From positions 204,104 through 268,103 of the forward strand of contig OY970292.1 in the NCBI GenBank assembly GCA_963716145.1: a stretch of DNA of 64,000 nucleotides, read 5' to 3'. Every line of letters begins with the position of its first letter. Position 1 is the first letter of the stretch. The notes below the pieces were generated by a model. It was not told where the DNA came from. It searched no databases and saw nothing but the letters and a program-made list of their open reading frames with translations. This DNA comes from Candidatus Levyibacteriota bacterium. GTDB lineage: Bacteria > Patescibacteriota > Microgenomatia > Levybacterales > UBA12049. Shown here piece after piece: positions 17,248 to 27,624 of the stretch. The position numbers and the translations under genes were made by a program.

Positions 17248-18258
17248 TTATAAATCGTCGTGTATGTATCCGGTAATCGCTGGAAGACTTGCCGCGAAAG
17301 GAAGAGCCAAAAATGCCCCTAATACTCCAAAAAGCGCGCTGCCCAGTAAAACTGCCAGCAATCCAAGAGCAGGGGAGAGTTTCAAGGCTTTATTGTAAAT
17401 GGCAGGCGAAATTATCGCCCCTTCCAGCTGTTGATAGACCAGTATTAAGGCCAACGCAAGAAAGCCGGTGAAAGGGGATATGGAAAATGCTATGATGATC
17501 GCTGGAATTGCTCCAATTGTAGATCCGACCAAAGGCAGTAAATCCATAATGGCTATAAAAATTGCAAGCGCCATGGCGAATGGAAGTTTCAAAAAAACAA
17601 ATCCTATGAACATAATTATTCCGCAAATAAGAGAAATTGATAAATTACCTCTGATGTATTGACCATTTACTTCAGCGAGGTCACTTAATAGGTGTTTGAT
17701 TTTGACCCGTTTTCCTGTTGGAAATAAGGAAATAAGTATGTGTGTTAAACGGACAGAGTCAACAATAAGATAAAATGTTAGAAAGAAAACAATAAATATG
17801 GAAGTTGCAATATTGGTAATTAATCCGGTTGATTGTAAGATGTATTTTCCTCCGCTTTCCGCATACTGATTAAGATCAACATTCCGAAAAGTTGCCGGTA
17901 AAATGGTAGAGTTATTAACCAGGTTGTTAACTGTTTTTAGTAAATTCGGAAACTGATCTATAAAACTAGGTATGACTGTCGCTCCAATAAGGATAAAAGG
18001 CAAAAGTAAAATAAACATGGCAAGAAAAGCAGCAATAACTAGCGGAATTTTTTGGTTCATTCTGGCAACAACCGGATGAAGGGCGGTGGCTAGCATTGTT
18101 GAGATCAAAATAATAACCAAAATTCCGGATGCCTTCCAGACAAAATATACGGCAAGCACGACGATTAATACGCGTATAATTGCACTAAAGCTCAAAGGAT
18201 GTTCTTGGAATTTAACCACCATCAAGTGAATTATATGCATTGTGCTGGACGTTTGCAA
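17248..18258 (-). CDS. AI-2E family transporter (PerM/UPF0118)
   Basis: 336 aa, multi-TM; the C-terminal LLPLVGSTIGAIPAIIIAF...QQLEGAIISPAIY is the AI-2E signature. Confidence 0.75.
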   Translation of the reverse strand: MQTSSTMHIIHLMVVKFQEHPLSFSAIIRVLIVVLAVYFVWKASGILVIILISTMLATALHPVVARMNQKIPLVIAAFLAMFILLLPFILIGATVIPSFIDQFPNLLKTVNNLVNNSTILPATFRNVDLNQYAESGGKYILQSTGLITNIATSIFIVFFLTFYLIVDSVRLTHILISLFPTGKRVKIKHLLSDLAEVNGQYIRGNLSISLICGIIMFIGFVFLKLPFAMALAIFIAIMDLLPLVGSTIGAIPAIIIAFSISPFTGFLALALILVYQQLEGAIISPAIYNKALKLSPALGLLAVLLGSALFGVLGAFLALPFAASLPAITGYIHDDL

Positions 18259-18302
18259 ATCCTAATTTGCATCGCAGGTTGTTCCTCATTATACTTATCC
18301 TG

Positions 18303-19313
18303 ATGAGACACAAGTACAAAATAGCCATTCTTGGTGGGACCTTTGATAGATTACATTCAGGACATAAAAAATTACTGGATACTGGATTTAAGTCATCCGA
18401 AAAAGTTGCGGTAGGAATCGCAACATCTGAGCTCTATAAAGGTAAATGGGGATCGCATGCTATTGAAGACTATCAAGCCAGAAAGAAAAGTGTTGAAGCG
18501 TATCTTAGGTCGCAAAATTTTCTAAGTCGTGCTGAAATTATACCGATAAGCGATATTTACGGTAATAGTTTAAAGCGGGAAGACATTGACGTAATTTTTG
18601 CAACAGAAGGCAATCTTGAGAACGTTGAAAAAATTAATGCCGGGAGAGAGAGAATAGGGTTTAAGCCATTAAAAGTGGAAATAGTTCCGTATGTGCTAGG
18701 AGATGATTCAGAGATCGTAACATCGTCCCGCATCAGATTCGGAGAAATTGACAGAGAAGGAAATTCCTACTTGAAGCAATTTACAAATCAAAAAAAATAT
18801 ATTTTGCCTGAGGAATTGAGAGTTCGGCTCAAAAAACCAATAGGAAAGGTCGTAAGAAGTATAAAGAATATTGAAAAAAGTCTGGACAGACGGAATATGG
18901 TTATTGCAGTAGGTGATATAGCCGCAATTAATTTATTTGAACATGAGTTACAAGCCGATATCAGCGTCATTGACCACAAAACGAAAAGACATGATATTGA
19001 TCCTGAAAAGAAAAAAATATTATCTAAACTGCAAAAGTCTTCGGAAGTTTTAGTTGTTGATAATCAAGCAGGAGCGATTGAAAGACGCGCTGTAGGTGTA
19101 ATAAATAAAGCTTTGAAAATGTTTCAGCAGACATCTAAAAAACAAGTAGTCATAATTAATGGTGAGGAAGACCTGATGACAATTCCGGCGATTCTTTTGT
19201 CCCCGCTTGAAAGCATGGTTCTGTACGGGCAGCCTGATAAAGGAGTTGCGGTGGTAAAGGTTACTGAGAAAAAGAAAAAAGAAATAAAAGATCTGTTTGC
19301 TAAGTTCAGCTGA
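18303..19313 (+). CDS. bifunctional phosphopantetheine adenylyltransferase-like nucleotidyltransferase / DUF359 (archaeal-type GTP-dependent dephospho-CoA kinase-like)
   Basis: The N-terminal IAILGGTFDRLHSGH (HxGH nucleotidyltransferase motif) is PPAT-like. The C-terminal half (…MVIAVGDIAAINL…DISVIDHKTKR…) resembles DUF359. The likely start is the ATG at 18303; the ORF track starts at 18240. Confidence 0.55.
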   Translation: MRHKYKIAILGGTFDRLHSGHKKLLDTGFKSSEKVAVGIATSELYKGKWGSHAIEDYQARKKSVEAYLRSQNFLSRAEIIPISDIYGNSLKREDIDVIFATEGNLENVEKINAGRERIGFKPLKVEIVPYVLGDDSEIVTSSRIRFGEIDREGNSYLKQFTNQKKYILPEELRVRLKKPIGKVVRSIKNIEKSLDRRNMVIAVGDIAAINLFEHELQADISVIDHKTKRHDIDPEKKKILSKLQKSSEVLVVDNQAGAIERRAVGVINKALKMFQQTSKKQVVIINGEEDLMTIPAILLSPLESMVLYGQPDKGVAVVKVTEKKKKEIKDLFAKFS

Positions 19314-19357
19314 TTGCCAAAGTAGAAATTTTCCACTATAATAATTGATCAGCAAAT

Positions 19358-22306
19358 ATGGATAAAATTACAGTAAAAGGCGCAAGGGAGCATAACCTCA
19401 AAAACATTGATCTTGAGATTCCCAAAAATAAGTTGGTTGTTTTCACCGGACTTTCAGGTTCAGGAAAATCTTCTCTTGCATTTGATACTGTTTATGCCGA
19501 GGGGCAAAGGCGTTATGTTGAAAGTCTTTCCTCCTATGCCAGGCAGTTTTTGGGAACTATGAAAAAGCCGGATGTTGATTTGATTGAAGGGCTATCTCCT
19601 GCTATCTCAATTGACCAGAAATCAACATCCCGAAATCCCCGTTCAACTGTCGGGACAGTTACAGAAATATATGACTATATGCGATTATTGTTCGCGCGGA
19701 TTGGGCATCCGCATTGTCCCAATTGCGGACGTGAGATAGCAAGTCTCTCAAAAGAGCAAATAGTAAATTCTGTCTTAGATATACCAAATAAATTCAAAGA
19801 CAAAAGTATAAAACAGCACCGGATATTGATCCTCGCGCCACTGGTTCGGGATAGAAAAGGGGAATACAATGAGCTGTTCAAAGATTTGAAGAAAAGAGGA
19901 TACAGCAAGGTAAGAATAGATGGAAAAATATACGATTTGACAGATGAAGTTGTTCTCATCAAAACAAACAAGCACTCAATTGATCTTGTGATTGATGCGC
20001 TTACGCTTACAAAAGATATGGATAGGCTTCGGCTGTCAACAGATATTGAGCATGCCTTAAAATTTGGAGAAGGAGAGATGATTGTTTCAAGAATTCTTGA
20101 CGCTAGTTTTGCAATGCCCGATAAGCCTCAAAAACTTGAAGATCAACTTTTCTCCGAAAAATTTGCTTGTCCGATTTGCAACATTTCTCTTCCTGAAATT
20201 GAACCTAGAATATTTTCCTTCAATACCCCGCACGGTGCGTGTCCGACCTGCTCAGGTTTGGGAAGGATACTGGATGCAGATCCTGAGCTTGTTTTTAATG
20301 AAAATCTATCTATTAATGAGGGGGGAATTACTCCGTTTTTTAATACGATCAATAATGATACCTGGTTTGCCAGGACCCTTAAAACTTTTGCCAGGGAGCA
20401 TGATATTCCTCTTAACAAACGTTTTTCTGAAATCTCAAAAGAAAAAAAAGAATTATTGCTTAATGGAACAGGTGAGAAGGAGTATTTTGTTGAAGGTGAG
20501 AATCGCTGGGGACGCTCAACTATAATCAGTGAGCCGTTTCGGGGAATTGCCGGAGAACTTAAGAAAAAGTACAATGAGTCGGATTCGCAATACTTAAGGA
20601 CCCAAATTGATAAATTTATGCGTTACGAGATTTGTGACAGATGCAAAGGAGGACGTCTCAAAAAAGAAGCTTTGTCAGTGACAATAAATGATAAATCTAT
20701 AGTTGATATATCTGATATGCCGATTGAGTACGCTTTGGAATTTGTGAAGAATCTTCCAAATACCATAAGTAAACGTGAGCAGGAAATAGGGAAAATGATT
20801 TTGCGGGAAATTATAGAGCGTGTCACTTTCTTAAAAGATGTAGGACTTGAATATCTGACATTGGCCCGCTCGGCGGGATCTCTTTCAGGCGGAGAAGCGC
20901 AGCGGATAAGACTTGCTTCACAAATCGGAAGCGGTTTGACAGGTGTTTTGTACGTTCTTGATGAACCTTCCATTGGGCTTCATCAGCGGGATAACTCTAA
21001 GCTGATCGAAACATTAAAAAAACTAAGAGACTTGGGTAATACTGTTTTGGTAGTTGAGCATGATCAAGACACCATGGAATCCAGCGATTATATTTTTGAT
21101 TTCGGACCGGGAGCAGGCGAGAATGGGGGACATATTACTTCGCAGGGAACAATTGATGAAATAAAAAAAGATAAGAATTCACTAACTGGGGCATACTTAT
21201 CGGGGAGGAAAAAAATACAAGTGCAGAAAACTCAGAATACTCAGAATTCTGGCATTTCAGATAATCTGACGATCAGAGCGTCTGATAAGCTGAGTTTTCC
21301 GAGTGTTCCGAAAAAAGAGCTAAAGATTTTAGGTGCAATGGAACATAATCTTAAAAACATTGATGTCACTTTTCCCTTAAACAAACTTGTGGTAGTGACA
21401 GGAGTTTCAGGTTCAGGAAAATCAACATTGATTAATGATATTCTTTATCATGCCTTGATGCAGATGAAAAATGCGTATCATCCGACAAAACCCGGAAAGT
21501 TTGCATCAATCAAAGGAGGAGAATTCATCCGCAGTGTTTTTGCAATTGATCAGTCTCCAATCGGCAGGACTCCAAGATCAAACGCCGCGACATATACAGG
21601 TGCTTTTACCTACATGAGGACACTTTTTGCATCAACAAAGGAAGCAAAGCTAAGAGGTTACGGGCCGGGAAGATTTTCATTCAATGTTAAGGGCGGTAGG
21701 TGTGAAGCGTGTGAAGGGGAAGGACAGATAAAAATTGAAATGCAATTCATGCCGGATGTTTATATAGCTTGTGAGGTATGTGAAGGAAAACAATACAATC
21801 ACGAAGCGCTTGAGGTGAGGTTTAATGGTAAAAATATTGCAGATGTGCTGGATATGAGCGTTGCCGAAGCAGTTAATTTTTTCTCATTCGTTCCTTCTCT
21901 TTCCCGAAAACTCGCAACACTTAATGATGTGGGCATGTCATACATAAAGCTGGGACAGCCGGCTCCTACTTTATCAGGCGGAGAAGCGCAAAGAGTAAAG
22001 TTGGCAACTGAGTTATCCAAAAAAGGAAGAGATGCTTTATATCTATTGGATGAGCCTACCACGGGTCTTCACTTTGCGGATCTTGAAAAACTACTCTATG
22101 TTTTGCGTGGATTGGTCGACGGCGGAAACTCAATTGTTGTAATTGAGCATAATCTTGATATTATTAAAAATGCTGATTATATAATTGATTTAGGGCCTGA
22201 AGGAGGCGAAAAGGGCGGAAAAGTTATCGCTTGCGGAACACCTGCCGAGATTGCAAATAATCCCCTTTCTTACACGGGAAAGTATTTGAAAAATGTACTA
22301 CAATAA
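19358..22306 (+). CDS. uvrA: excinuclease ABC subunit A
   Basis: 982 aa with two ABC ATPase modules ([14 protein letters not shown] and [13 protein letters not shown]), zinc-finger Cys pairs, and two LSGGE signatures. Confidence 0.95.
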   Translation: MDKITVKGAREHNLKNIDLEIPKNKLVVFTGLSGSGKSSLAFDTVYAEGQRRYVESLSSYARQFLGTMKKPDVDLIEGLSPAISIDQKSTSRNPRSTVGTVTEIYDYMRLLFARIGHPHCPNCGREIASLSKEQIVNSVLDIPNKFKDKSIKQHRILILAPLVRDRKGEYNELFKDLKKRGYSKVRIDGKIYDLTDEVVLIKTNKHSIDLVIDALTLTKDMDRLRLSTDIEHALKFGEGEMIVSRILDASFAMPDKPQKLEDQLFSEKFACPICNISLPEIEPRIFSFNTPHGACPTCSGLGRILDADPELVFNENLSINEGGITPFFNTINNDTWFARTLKTFAREHDIPLNKRFSEISKEKKELLLNGTGEKEYFVEGENRWGRSTIISEPFRGIAGELKKKYNESDSQYLRTQIDKFMRYEICDRCKGGRLKKEALSVTINDKSIVDISDMPIEYALEFVKNLPNTISKREQEIGKMILREIIERVTFLKDVGLEYLTLARSAGSLSGGEAQRIRLASQIGSGLTGVLYVLDEPSIGLHQRDNSKLIETLKKLRDLGNTVLVVEHDQDTMESSDYIFDFGPGAGENGGHITSQGTIDEIKKDKNSLTGAYLSGRKKIQVQKTQNTQNSGISDNLTIRASDKLSFPSVPKKELKILGAMEHNLKNIDVTFPLNKLVVVTGVSGSGKSTLINDILYHALMQMKNAYHPTKPGKFASIKGGEFIRSVFAIDQSPIGRTPRSNAATYTGAFTYMRTLFASTKEAKLRGYGPGRFSFNVKGGRCEACEGEGQIKIEMQFMPDVYIACEVCEGKQYNHEALEVRFNGKNIADVLDMSVAEAVNFFSFVPSLSRKLATLNDVGMSYIKLGQPAPTLSGGEAQRVKLATELSKKGRDALYLLDEPTTGLHFADLEKLLYVLRGLVDGGNSIVVIEHNLDIIKNADYIIDLGPEGGEKGGKVIACGTPAEIANNPLSYTGKYLKNVLQ

Positions 22307-22390
22307 AATATGATAATTTTAAATTTTCAGTTTTCAATTTGAAATGAAATCTAAATTTTAAATTATTAAGATTTAAACATTGGAAATTCA

Positions 22391-24143
22391 ATGAAAATTG
22401 TAAATTATAAATTGAAAATTGAGCTTTGGTTTATTGCTCTATGGTTGTTTTTCTTCTTTGTCCCATCCGGCGTTTCTGCTTCCACAAACTTCACCACCGA
22501 CTATCGTGTAGTTTATACAATCAATGAAGGCGGCACAACGCATGCTGATTTAAACATTATCCTAACCAACACATCAGCTCAATTTTACGCATCTTCATAC
22601 CAAATTCAGCTTGGATTTGACAATATCGCCAACATTAAAGCATCGGACCGGCAGGGCAGGTAAATACCTCAATAAGTAAAACCAATGATGGACACAATGT
22701 CTTACTTGCCTTTAACAAAAAGGTTGTAGGTCAAGGCGCAAGATGCCTTTTACTTTATCGTTTGATACAGAAAATATAGCACATAATAACGGTAAAATTT
22801 GGGAGATAGACATACCTGGTATTAAAACTCCAAGTGATTTTAAAACCTTTGCGGTTGAAGTTAGGCCGCCATCATCTTTTGGAAAGCCCAGCCTTGTAAA
22901 GCCCCTTCAGAATAGTAAAAGCCTTACATTTGATAAGGATCAGCTGGGAAAATCCGGCATATCAATTGCATTTGGCGATAAACAAGTTTATGATTTTAAT
23001 CTCAAATATCATCTTAAAAATTCCAACCTTTTTCCGCTCAAAACAGAAATTGCGCTTCCTCCGGATACAAATTATCAAAAAGTGTTTATCGAGAATATCA
23101 ATCCAAAGCCAAGTAATGTAATTATAGATAATGACGGGAATTGGCTTGCGCAATACTCATTAACTCCCTCTCAAAAATTGGATATATCTGTGAAGGGGAA
23201 CGTTGAGATCTCTCTTAATCCTAAATCTTCTCCTATCTCGGATAGGGAACTGGCGGAATATACTGCGCCCACCCGATATTGGCAAAGTAATGATCCGCAA
23301 ATTTTAAAATTGGCAAAAAAGTTAAAGACAGCTGACGCAATTTACGAATTTGTAGCGAAAACACTAAAGTATGACTTTTCGCGTGTCACACAAAATAAAG
23401 GACGCCTTGGGGGAATAAATGTTTTAAGTAATCCAACCTCAGCCGCATGCCGTGAATTTACAGATCTTTTTATCGCTCTATCCCGTGCGGCCGGCATTCC
23501 TGCTCGTGAAGTAAATGGGTTTGCTTATACTGAGAACAGCCGCGAACGCCCTGTCTCGCTTGTTCAGGATATTCTTCATGCATGGCCGGAGTATTATGAC
23601 ACACAAAAGAAGAGTTGGGTTATGGTAGATCCTACATGGGGCTCAACAACCGGCGGAGTTGATTATTTTGACGTTTTGGATTTTGATCATTTCACTTTTG
23701 CAATAAAAGGTAAAGCTGACAATTACCCTATACCGGCTGGTGGATACAAAGATTCAAGTGCTAGCACAATGAAAGATGTAGATATTTTGTTCAGCGATAA
23801 ATCATCTGAAACCTCTCAAAGCGTTGATATCCAAACTTCTTTTTCAAAACCTCAGATAGCAGGCCTTCCTATCTCAGTAAATGCTAGATTAGCCAACAGT
23901 AAGGGAAGCGCAACTATTCCCCAACTTATGTATGTATCCTCAGATAATTTGAGTCCAAAAAATAGAGGATTTAAGACTCCGGCTATACCGCCGTTTGGTT
24001 TTGTTGAAAATAAAATAAATTTCGATAGGACGAGCTTTTTGACAAATAAAGACGTCTCATTTGCAATCCGCTATGCAGGAAAAAATATTGAGCAAAAGAC
24101 AAAAATTATTCCGTTTTTTTTGCTCCTTGGAGATAAAAAATGA
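22391..24143 (+). pseudogene. secreted transglutaminase-like (Cys-His-Asp) protein, apparently split by two closely spaced frameshifts
   Basis: The ORF 22391-22663 carries a signal peptide (frame 2). An intervening protein-like segment in frame 1 (22639-22785) reads …GQVNTSISKTNDGHNVLLAFNKKVVGQGA…. The main ORF 22743-24143 (frame 0) has the transglutaminase core C-R-E-F…H-A-W-P-E-Y…D-P-T-W. Either sequencing errors or a genuine pseudogene. Confidence 0.5.
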
Positions 24144-25435
24144 CTTACAAAAGATCAAATTACAACCAGCTTCCTGAAAAAGCAGGGGTATATTTATATT
24201 CAAATGATGCGGGAAAAACTCTTTATGTGGGAAAAGCCAACAATCTCAAGTCACGAGTATCTTCATATTTTGTAAAAAACGCCAATCTTGGAGAAAAGAC
24301 CAGGCTTTTGGTTGAGCAGGTAGCGAAAATAAAGATTGTTATAGTTGAATCAGAACTGGAAGCTCTTCTTCTTGAAGCATTCTACATCAAAAAATTTCGT
24401 CCTAGATATAATATCAGGTTATCTGATGATAAATCATATGTCATGATCCGAATTACGATCAAAAATCCCTATCCCACAATACTTCTTGCAAGGCGGGAAG
24501 AGGATAAAAGCTCCATTTACTTTGGTCCGTATCCCAATTCCGGAGCTGTAAAGCTCGTACTCAAAACAATCAGAAAAGTTTTCCCTTATCAATCAGCTAT
24601 TAATCATCCCAAGCGAATTTGCCTATACAATCATCTCGGTCTTTGTCCGTGTCTTCCGGTTTTTGATTCTCCTGAATTGAGGAAGAATTATAAAAAAAAT
24701 ATTAAAGGTATTATCCGCATTCTTGAGGGCCAATCGCCAAAGATTGTAAAAGAACTTGAGAAGCAAAGGGACAAGCTGAGCAAAAAGGAAAATTATGAAG
24801 AAGCCAATGATATCAATAAAAAAATTAGTGCTCTTAAAATAATCACAGAACCATTTCATAAGCCGTTTGAATACGATCTTAATCCCAACTTAAGAATTGA
24901 TCTGAGAACGCTCGAGACCGCGGAGCTGATGAAGCATCTAGGAGAGAATGGATTGGCCGTTAAAAAACTTCATAGAATTGAATGTTATGATATTTCAAAT
25001 ACGCAGGGAACTCACGCAACAGGTTCAATGGTTGTTTTTACCGCCGGGGAGAAGGATTCAGGCCAATATAGAAGATTTAAGATAAAAAAAGACGGGATAC
25101 CAAATGATTTTGCAATGATGGAAGAGGTTCTTCAAAGAAGAATTCGGCATATTACAGATTGGGGTTTGCCCGACTTGATTATTGTTGATGGGGGGAAAGG
25201 ACAGGTTTCAAGCGCTCTAAAAGCGCTTGCTGTTAATAACATTAATATTCCATTGATAGGATTAGCCAAGCGTGAAGAAACAATTATTATTCCCAAAAAC
25301 ACAGATTTTGTCGAAGTCTCGCTTCCCAAAAACTCAAAAGCCCTGCATCTTATCATGCGAATACGGGATGAAGCTCACAGATTTGCAATTACCTATCACC
25401 GTCTGCTTCGTAGTAAAAACGCTCTAAGTAGTTAG
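24140..25435 (+). CDS. uvrC: excinuclease ABC subunit C (short form lacking the C-terminal HhH region)
   Basis: 431 aa: an N-terminal GIY-YIG domain (GVYLYSNDAGKTLYVGKANNLKSRVSSYF), a UvrBC-interaction region, and an RNase H-like endonuclease domain (IECYDISNTQGTHATGSMVVF). Start overlaps the preceding gene by 4 nt. Confidence 0.8.
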   Translation: MTYKRSNYNQLPEKAGVYLYSNDAGKTLYVGKANNLKSRVSSYFVKNANLGEKTRLLVEQVAKIKIVIVESELEALLLEAFYIKKFRPRYNIRLSDDKSYVMIRITIKNPYPTILLARREEDKSSIYFGPYPNSGAVKLVLKTIRKVFPYQSAINHPKRICLYNHLGLCPCLPVFDSPELRKNYKKNIKGIIRILEGQSPKIVKELEKQRDKLSKKENYEEANDINKKISALKIITEPFHKPFEYDLNPNLRIDLRTLETAELMKHLGENGLAVKKLHRIECYDISNTQGTHATGSMVVFTAGEKDSGQYRRFKIKKDGIPNDFAMMEEVLQRRIRHITDWGLPDLIIVDGGKGQVSSALKALAVNNINIPLIGLAKREETIIIPKNTDFVEVSLPKNSKALHLIMRIRDEAHRFAITYHRLLRSKNALSS

Positions 25436-25453
25436 GACACAATGGAGATAAAG

Positions 25454-26791
25454 CTAATCACGGCTTACCTCGTACTCATAAGGGAAATAGAGGAAAGACG
25501 CCGGCATGTCTTCGATTAAAAATTTCTGAAAATCGGCATAGATTTTTTTACGTTCTTCAATATTTGTGGTTTTCCGTCCACTTTCCAGCAGTAAATCAAT
25601 TCTTAAATTTTTATACCTTGTAATATTATTAATTTGTCCGGAGTGCCACAATGGATATTGGTCTGAATCATGAGGAACATTAAAATCACTCAAAAAGATT
25701 TGAAAACGGTCCGGTATTTCATCGACTTCTTTTATGCTGGTTTGTATTCCCATTTTATTCCATGAGTCAGCAATAATCCTGGCAGTTTTACTATACTTCT
25801 TGAGCGTTGTAATAGTTAATTTTATATTTCCGTCGGGACGAAGTAATTTTGCGTGATCCAGATCCATTGTCCTTTCCGCAAGATCTTGATTAAAATAAAT
25901 TGAAGTAGGAGAGTAGGGAAGATATGCTTTCCTGCCGAATTCAATTTCATTCGGGAGAGCGTAATTGAGGGCAAGACGAAGTTTTTTGTCTGACAGTGTT
26001 TTGTCTTGTGTGTTATAAAATAGTGTGACAAGATGAGAGTAATCAGTTGTTTTTAGAACTTTCGTTCGCGGAAATTTTTGAAAAGAAAGATTCTTAAATT
26101 CAGCGTTGTTTAGTCCCTTAGCCGTAGTAATCTCTCCCAACATAAAAGCTTCTTTCAGCGCCGATTGGGTCGGGTAAAAAACAAACTTGACAGTATCAAA
26201 TCTATTTTTTATAAGCCCAAGGGTAAGATTCTGAACAAAATTTCCATTAAGCTGAATATTTTTTATAAAATAGTCTCCTGCTCCAGTTAATCCTTTTTTG
26301 AATACAGGCTGGGAAACAGTGGATAAAAAAGGCGCATAGGCGTCTTTAAGTTTAAATACAATAGTGTTTTTATCCGGTTTTTCAACTTTGACATCAGAAA
26401 AATTGTAGTTAAGATCAGATGAGTTAAGCTTGCTCCCATCACTGAAAGTAACGTTTGGATTGAGATTAAATGTGTATGTTTTACCTTTATCGGTTATGTT
26501 GTAACTGGTTGCCAGGTCAGGCTTTATAGTTCCGTCTGCATTAACTTTCGTAAGTCCATGGGATAATTTACTCTTGATAAGTAACGGTAAGTTATCTTTT
26601 TCATATGACCCGACAATACCTATTACCGGATATCTGTGAAGTGTAAAAAATGCTTTCAAATAACGGGATCCAAAAAGTACCGCGAAAAATACCAAAAGTC
26701 CCGCTAGAAAAGAAAAGATAAGTATTTTTTTTGATTTTTTTACGTAGGCCTTGATAAGCCAAAAAATGAGTCTTTTTCTAACAACTACCAT
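25454..26791 (-). CDS. solute-binding protein family 5-like (peptide/nickel SBP fold), membrane-anchored, orphan
   Basis: 445 aa with an N-terminal TM helix; GLTKVNADGTIKPDLATSYNITDKGKTYTFNLNPNVTFSDGSKLNSSDL matches the SBP_bac_5 N-terminal signature. No cognate permease is adjacent. Confidence 0.5.
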   Translation of the reverse strand: MVVVRKRLIFWLIKAYVKKSKKILIFSFLAGLLVFFAVLFGSRYLKAFFTLHRYPVIGIVGSYEKDNLPLLIKSKLSHGLTKVNADGTIKPDLATSYNITDKGKTYTFNLNPNVTFSDGSKLNSSDLNYNFSDVKVEKPDKNTIVFKLKDAYAPFLSTVSQPVFKKGLTGAGDYFIKNIQLNGNFVQNLTLGLIKNRFDTVKFVFYPTQSALKEAFMLGEITTAKGLNNAEFKNLSFQKFPRTKVLKTTDYSHLVTLFYNTQDKTLSDKKLRLALNYALPNEIEFGRKAYLPYSPTSIYFNQDLAERTMDLDHAKLLRPDGNIKLTITTLKKYSKTARIIADSWNKMGIQTSIKEVDEIPDRFQIFLSDFNVPHDSDQYPLWHSGQINNITRYKNLRIDLLLESGRKTTNIEERKKIYADFQKFLIEDMPASFLYFPYEYEVSRD

Positions 26792-26798
26792 AATGTTT

Positions 26799-27041
26799 TT
26801 ATTTTAGTTGGGGGAAAAGGAGAGCAATTGATAAAATAACCAGAAGAATGGCGAGAACAATAGTCGCAATCACGAGAAATTTCTCAACATTTCTTTTGCT
26901 TCTATACATCTCTCCTCCTCCCCCAAATACCGGCGATAAACCCTCTTCAGGTGCTTGGAGCAAAATACTTGCGATTAAAAGTACGGCTATTGTTATTTGC
27001 GCAATTGTTAATATTGTTCCTAACATTGTTGGTATTCCCAA
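26799..27041 (-). CDS. secG: preprotein translocase subunit SecG
   Basis: 80 aa with two TM helices flanking LLQAPEEGLSPVFGGGGEMYRSKR, the SecG Gly-rich loop. Confidence 0.7.
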   Translation of the reverse strand: MGIPTMLGTILTIAQITIAVLLIASILLQAPEEGLSPVFGGGGEMYRSKRNVEKFLVIATIVLAILLVILSIALLFPQLK

Positions 27042-27080
27042 TTATATATCCCTGAGCTCCCCGATGCAAGTTTTGCTTGT

Positions 27081-27482
27081 CTAGTCCATGAGCCAGGAAA
27101 GAGCGGATTCAATAACGGAGATGACAAAAGCTATAAAAATATATGCGAGATAAATGTTAAGCGAGAATTCTGGAGTAGAAAAACCTAAATAATGAAAAGA
27201 TGGATATCTAAAGGCGGAGATTAAAATTCCGTCTACAAACCGGGTCATAAGATAGAGAATGAATCCGTTTGTGACAATTGAAAAAAGCCCAAGTGTAATC
27301 AAATTTACTGGAAAACTGATGATGTTAAGTATTGGTTTTAAGACCAAAAACATCAGAGCGAGCGCTGCTCCTCCGATAAAAAGGGTCTCAAGCCCGCCGT
27401 TTATCTTGACTCCGGAAATTATAAAAGGCAAAAGATAAAGAGTAAAAGTGTAAATAGCGATTCTGCGCAAAATTGTTTTCAT
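27081..27482 (-). CDS. phage-holin-family (PF04020/DUF360-like) 4-TM membrane protein
   Basis: 133 aa; PILNIISFPVNLITLGLFSIVTNGFILYLMTRF matches the holin superfamily IV pattern. Confidence 0.45.
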   Translation of the reverse strand: MKTILRRIAIYTFTLYLLPFIISGVKINGGLETLFIGGAALALMFLVLKPILNIISFPVNLITLGLFSIVTNGFILYLMTRFVDGILISAFRYPSFHYLGFSTPEFSLNIYLAYIFIAFVISVIESALSWLMD

Positions 27483-27624
27483 ATTTCGATAAACTCAATA
27501 TGATCCAGAGTAAAATCGAAGGATCATCCATAAAAGCGTATCAGAAGCTGTTTGGGGTGTCAATTTATTCCTGGGTTATCTTGATTTAAATCATGTTACG
27601 GAGTATTATTGTAAATACAATTTT

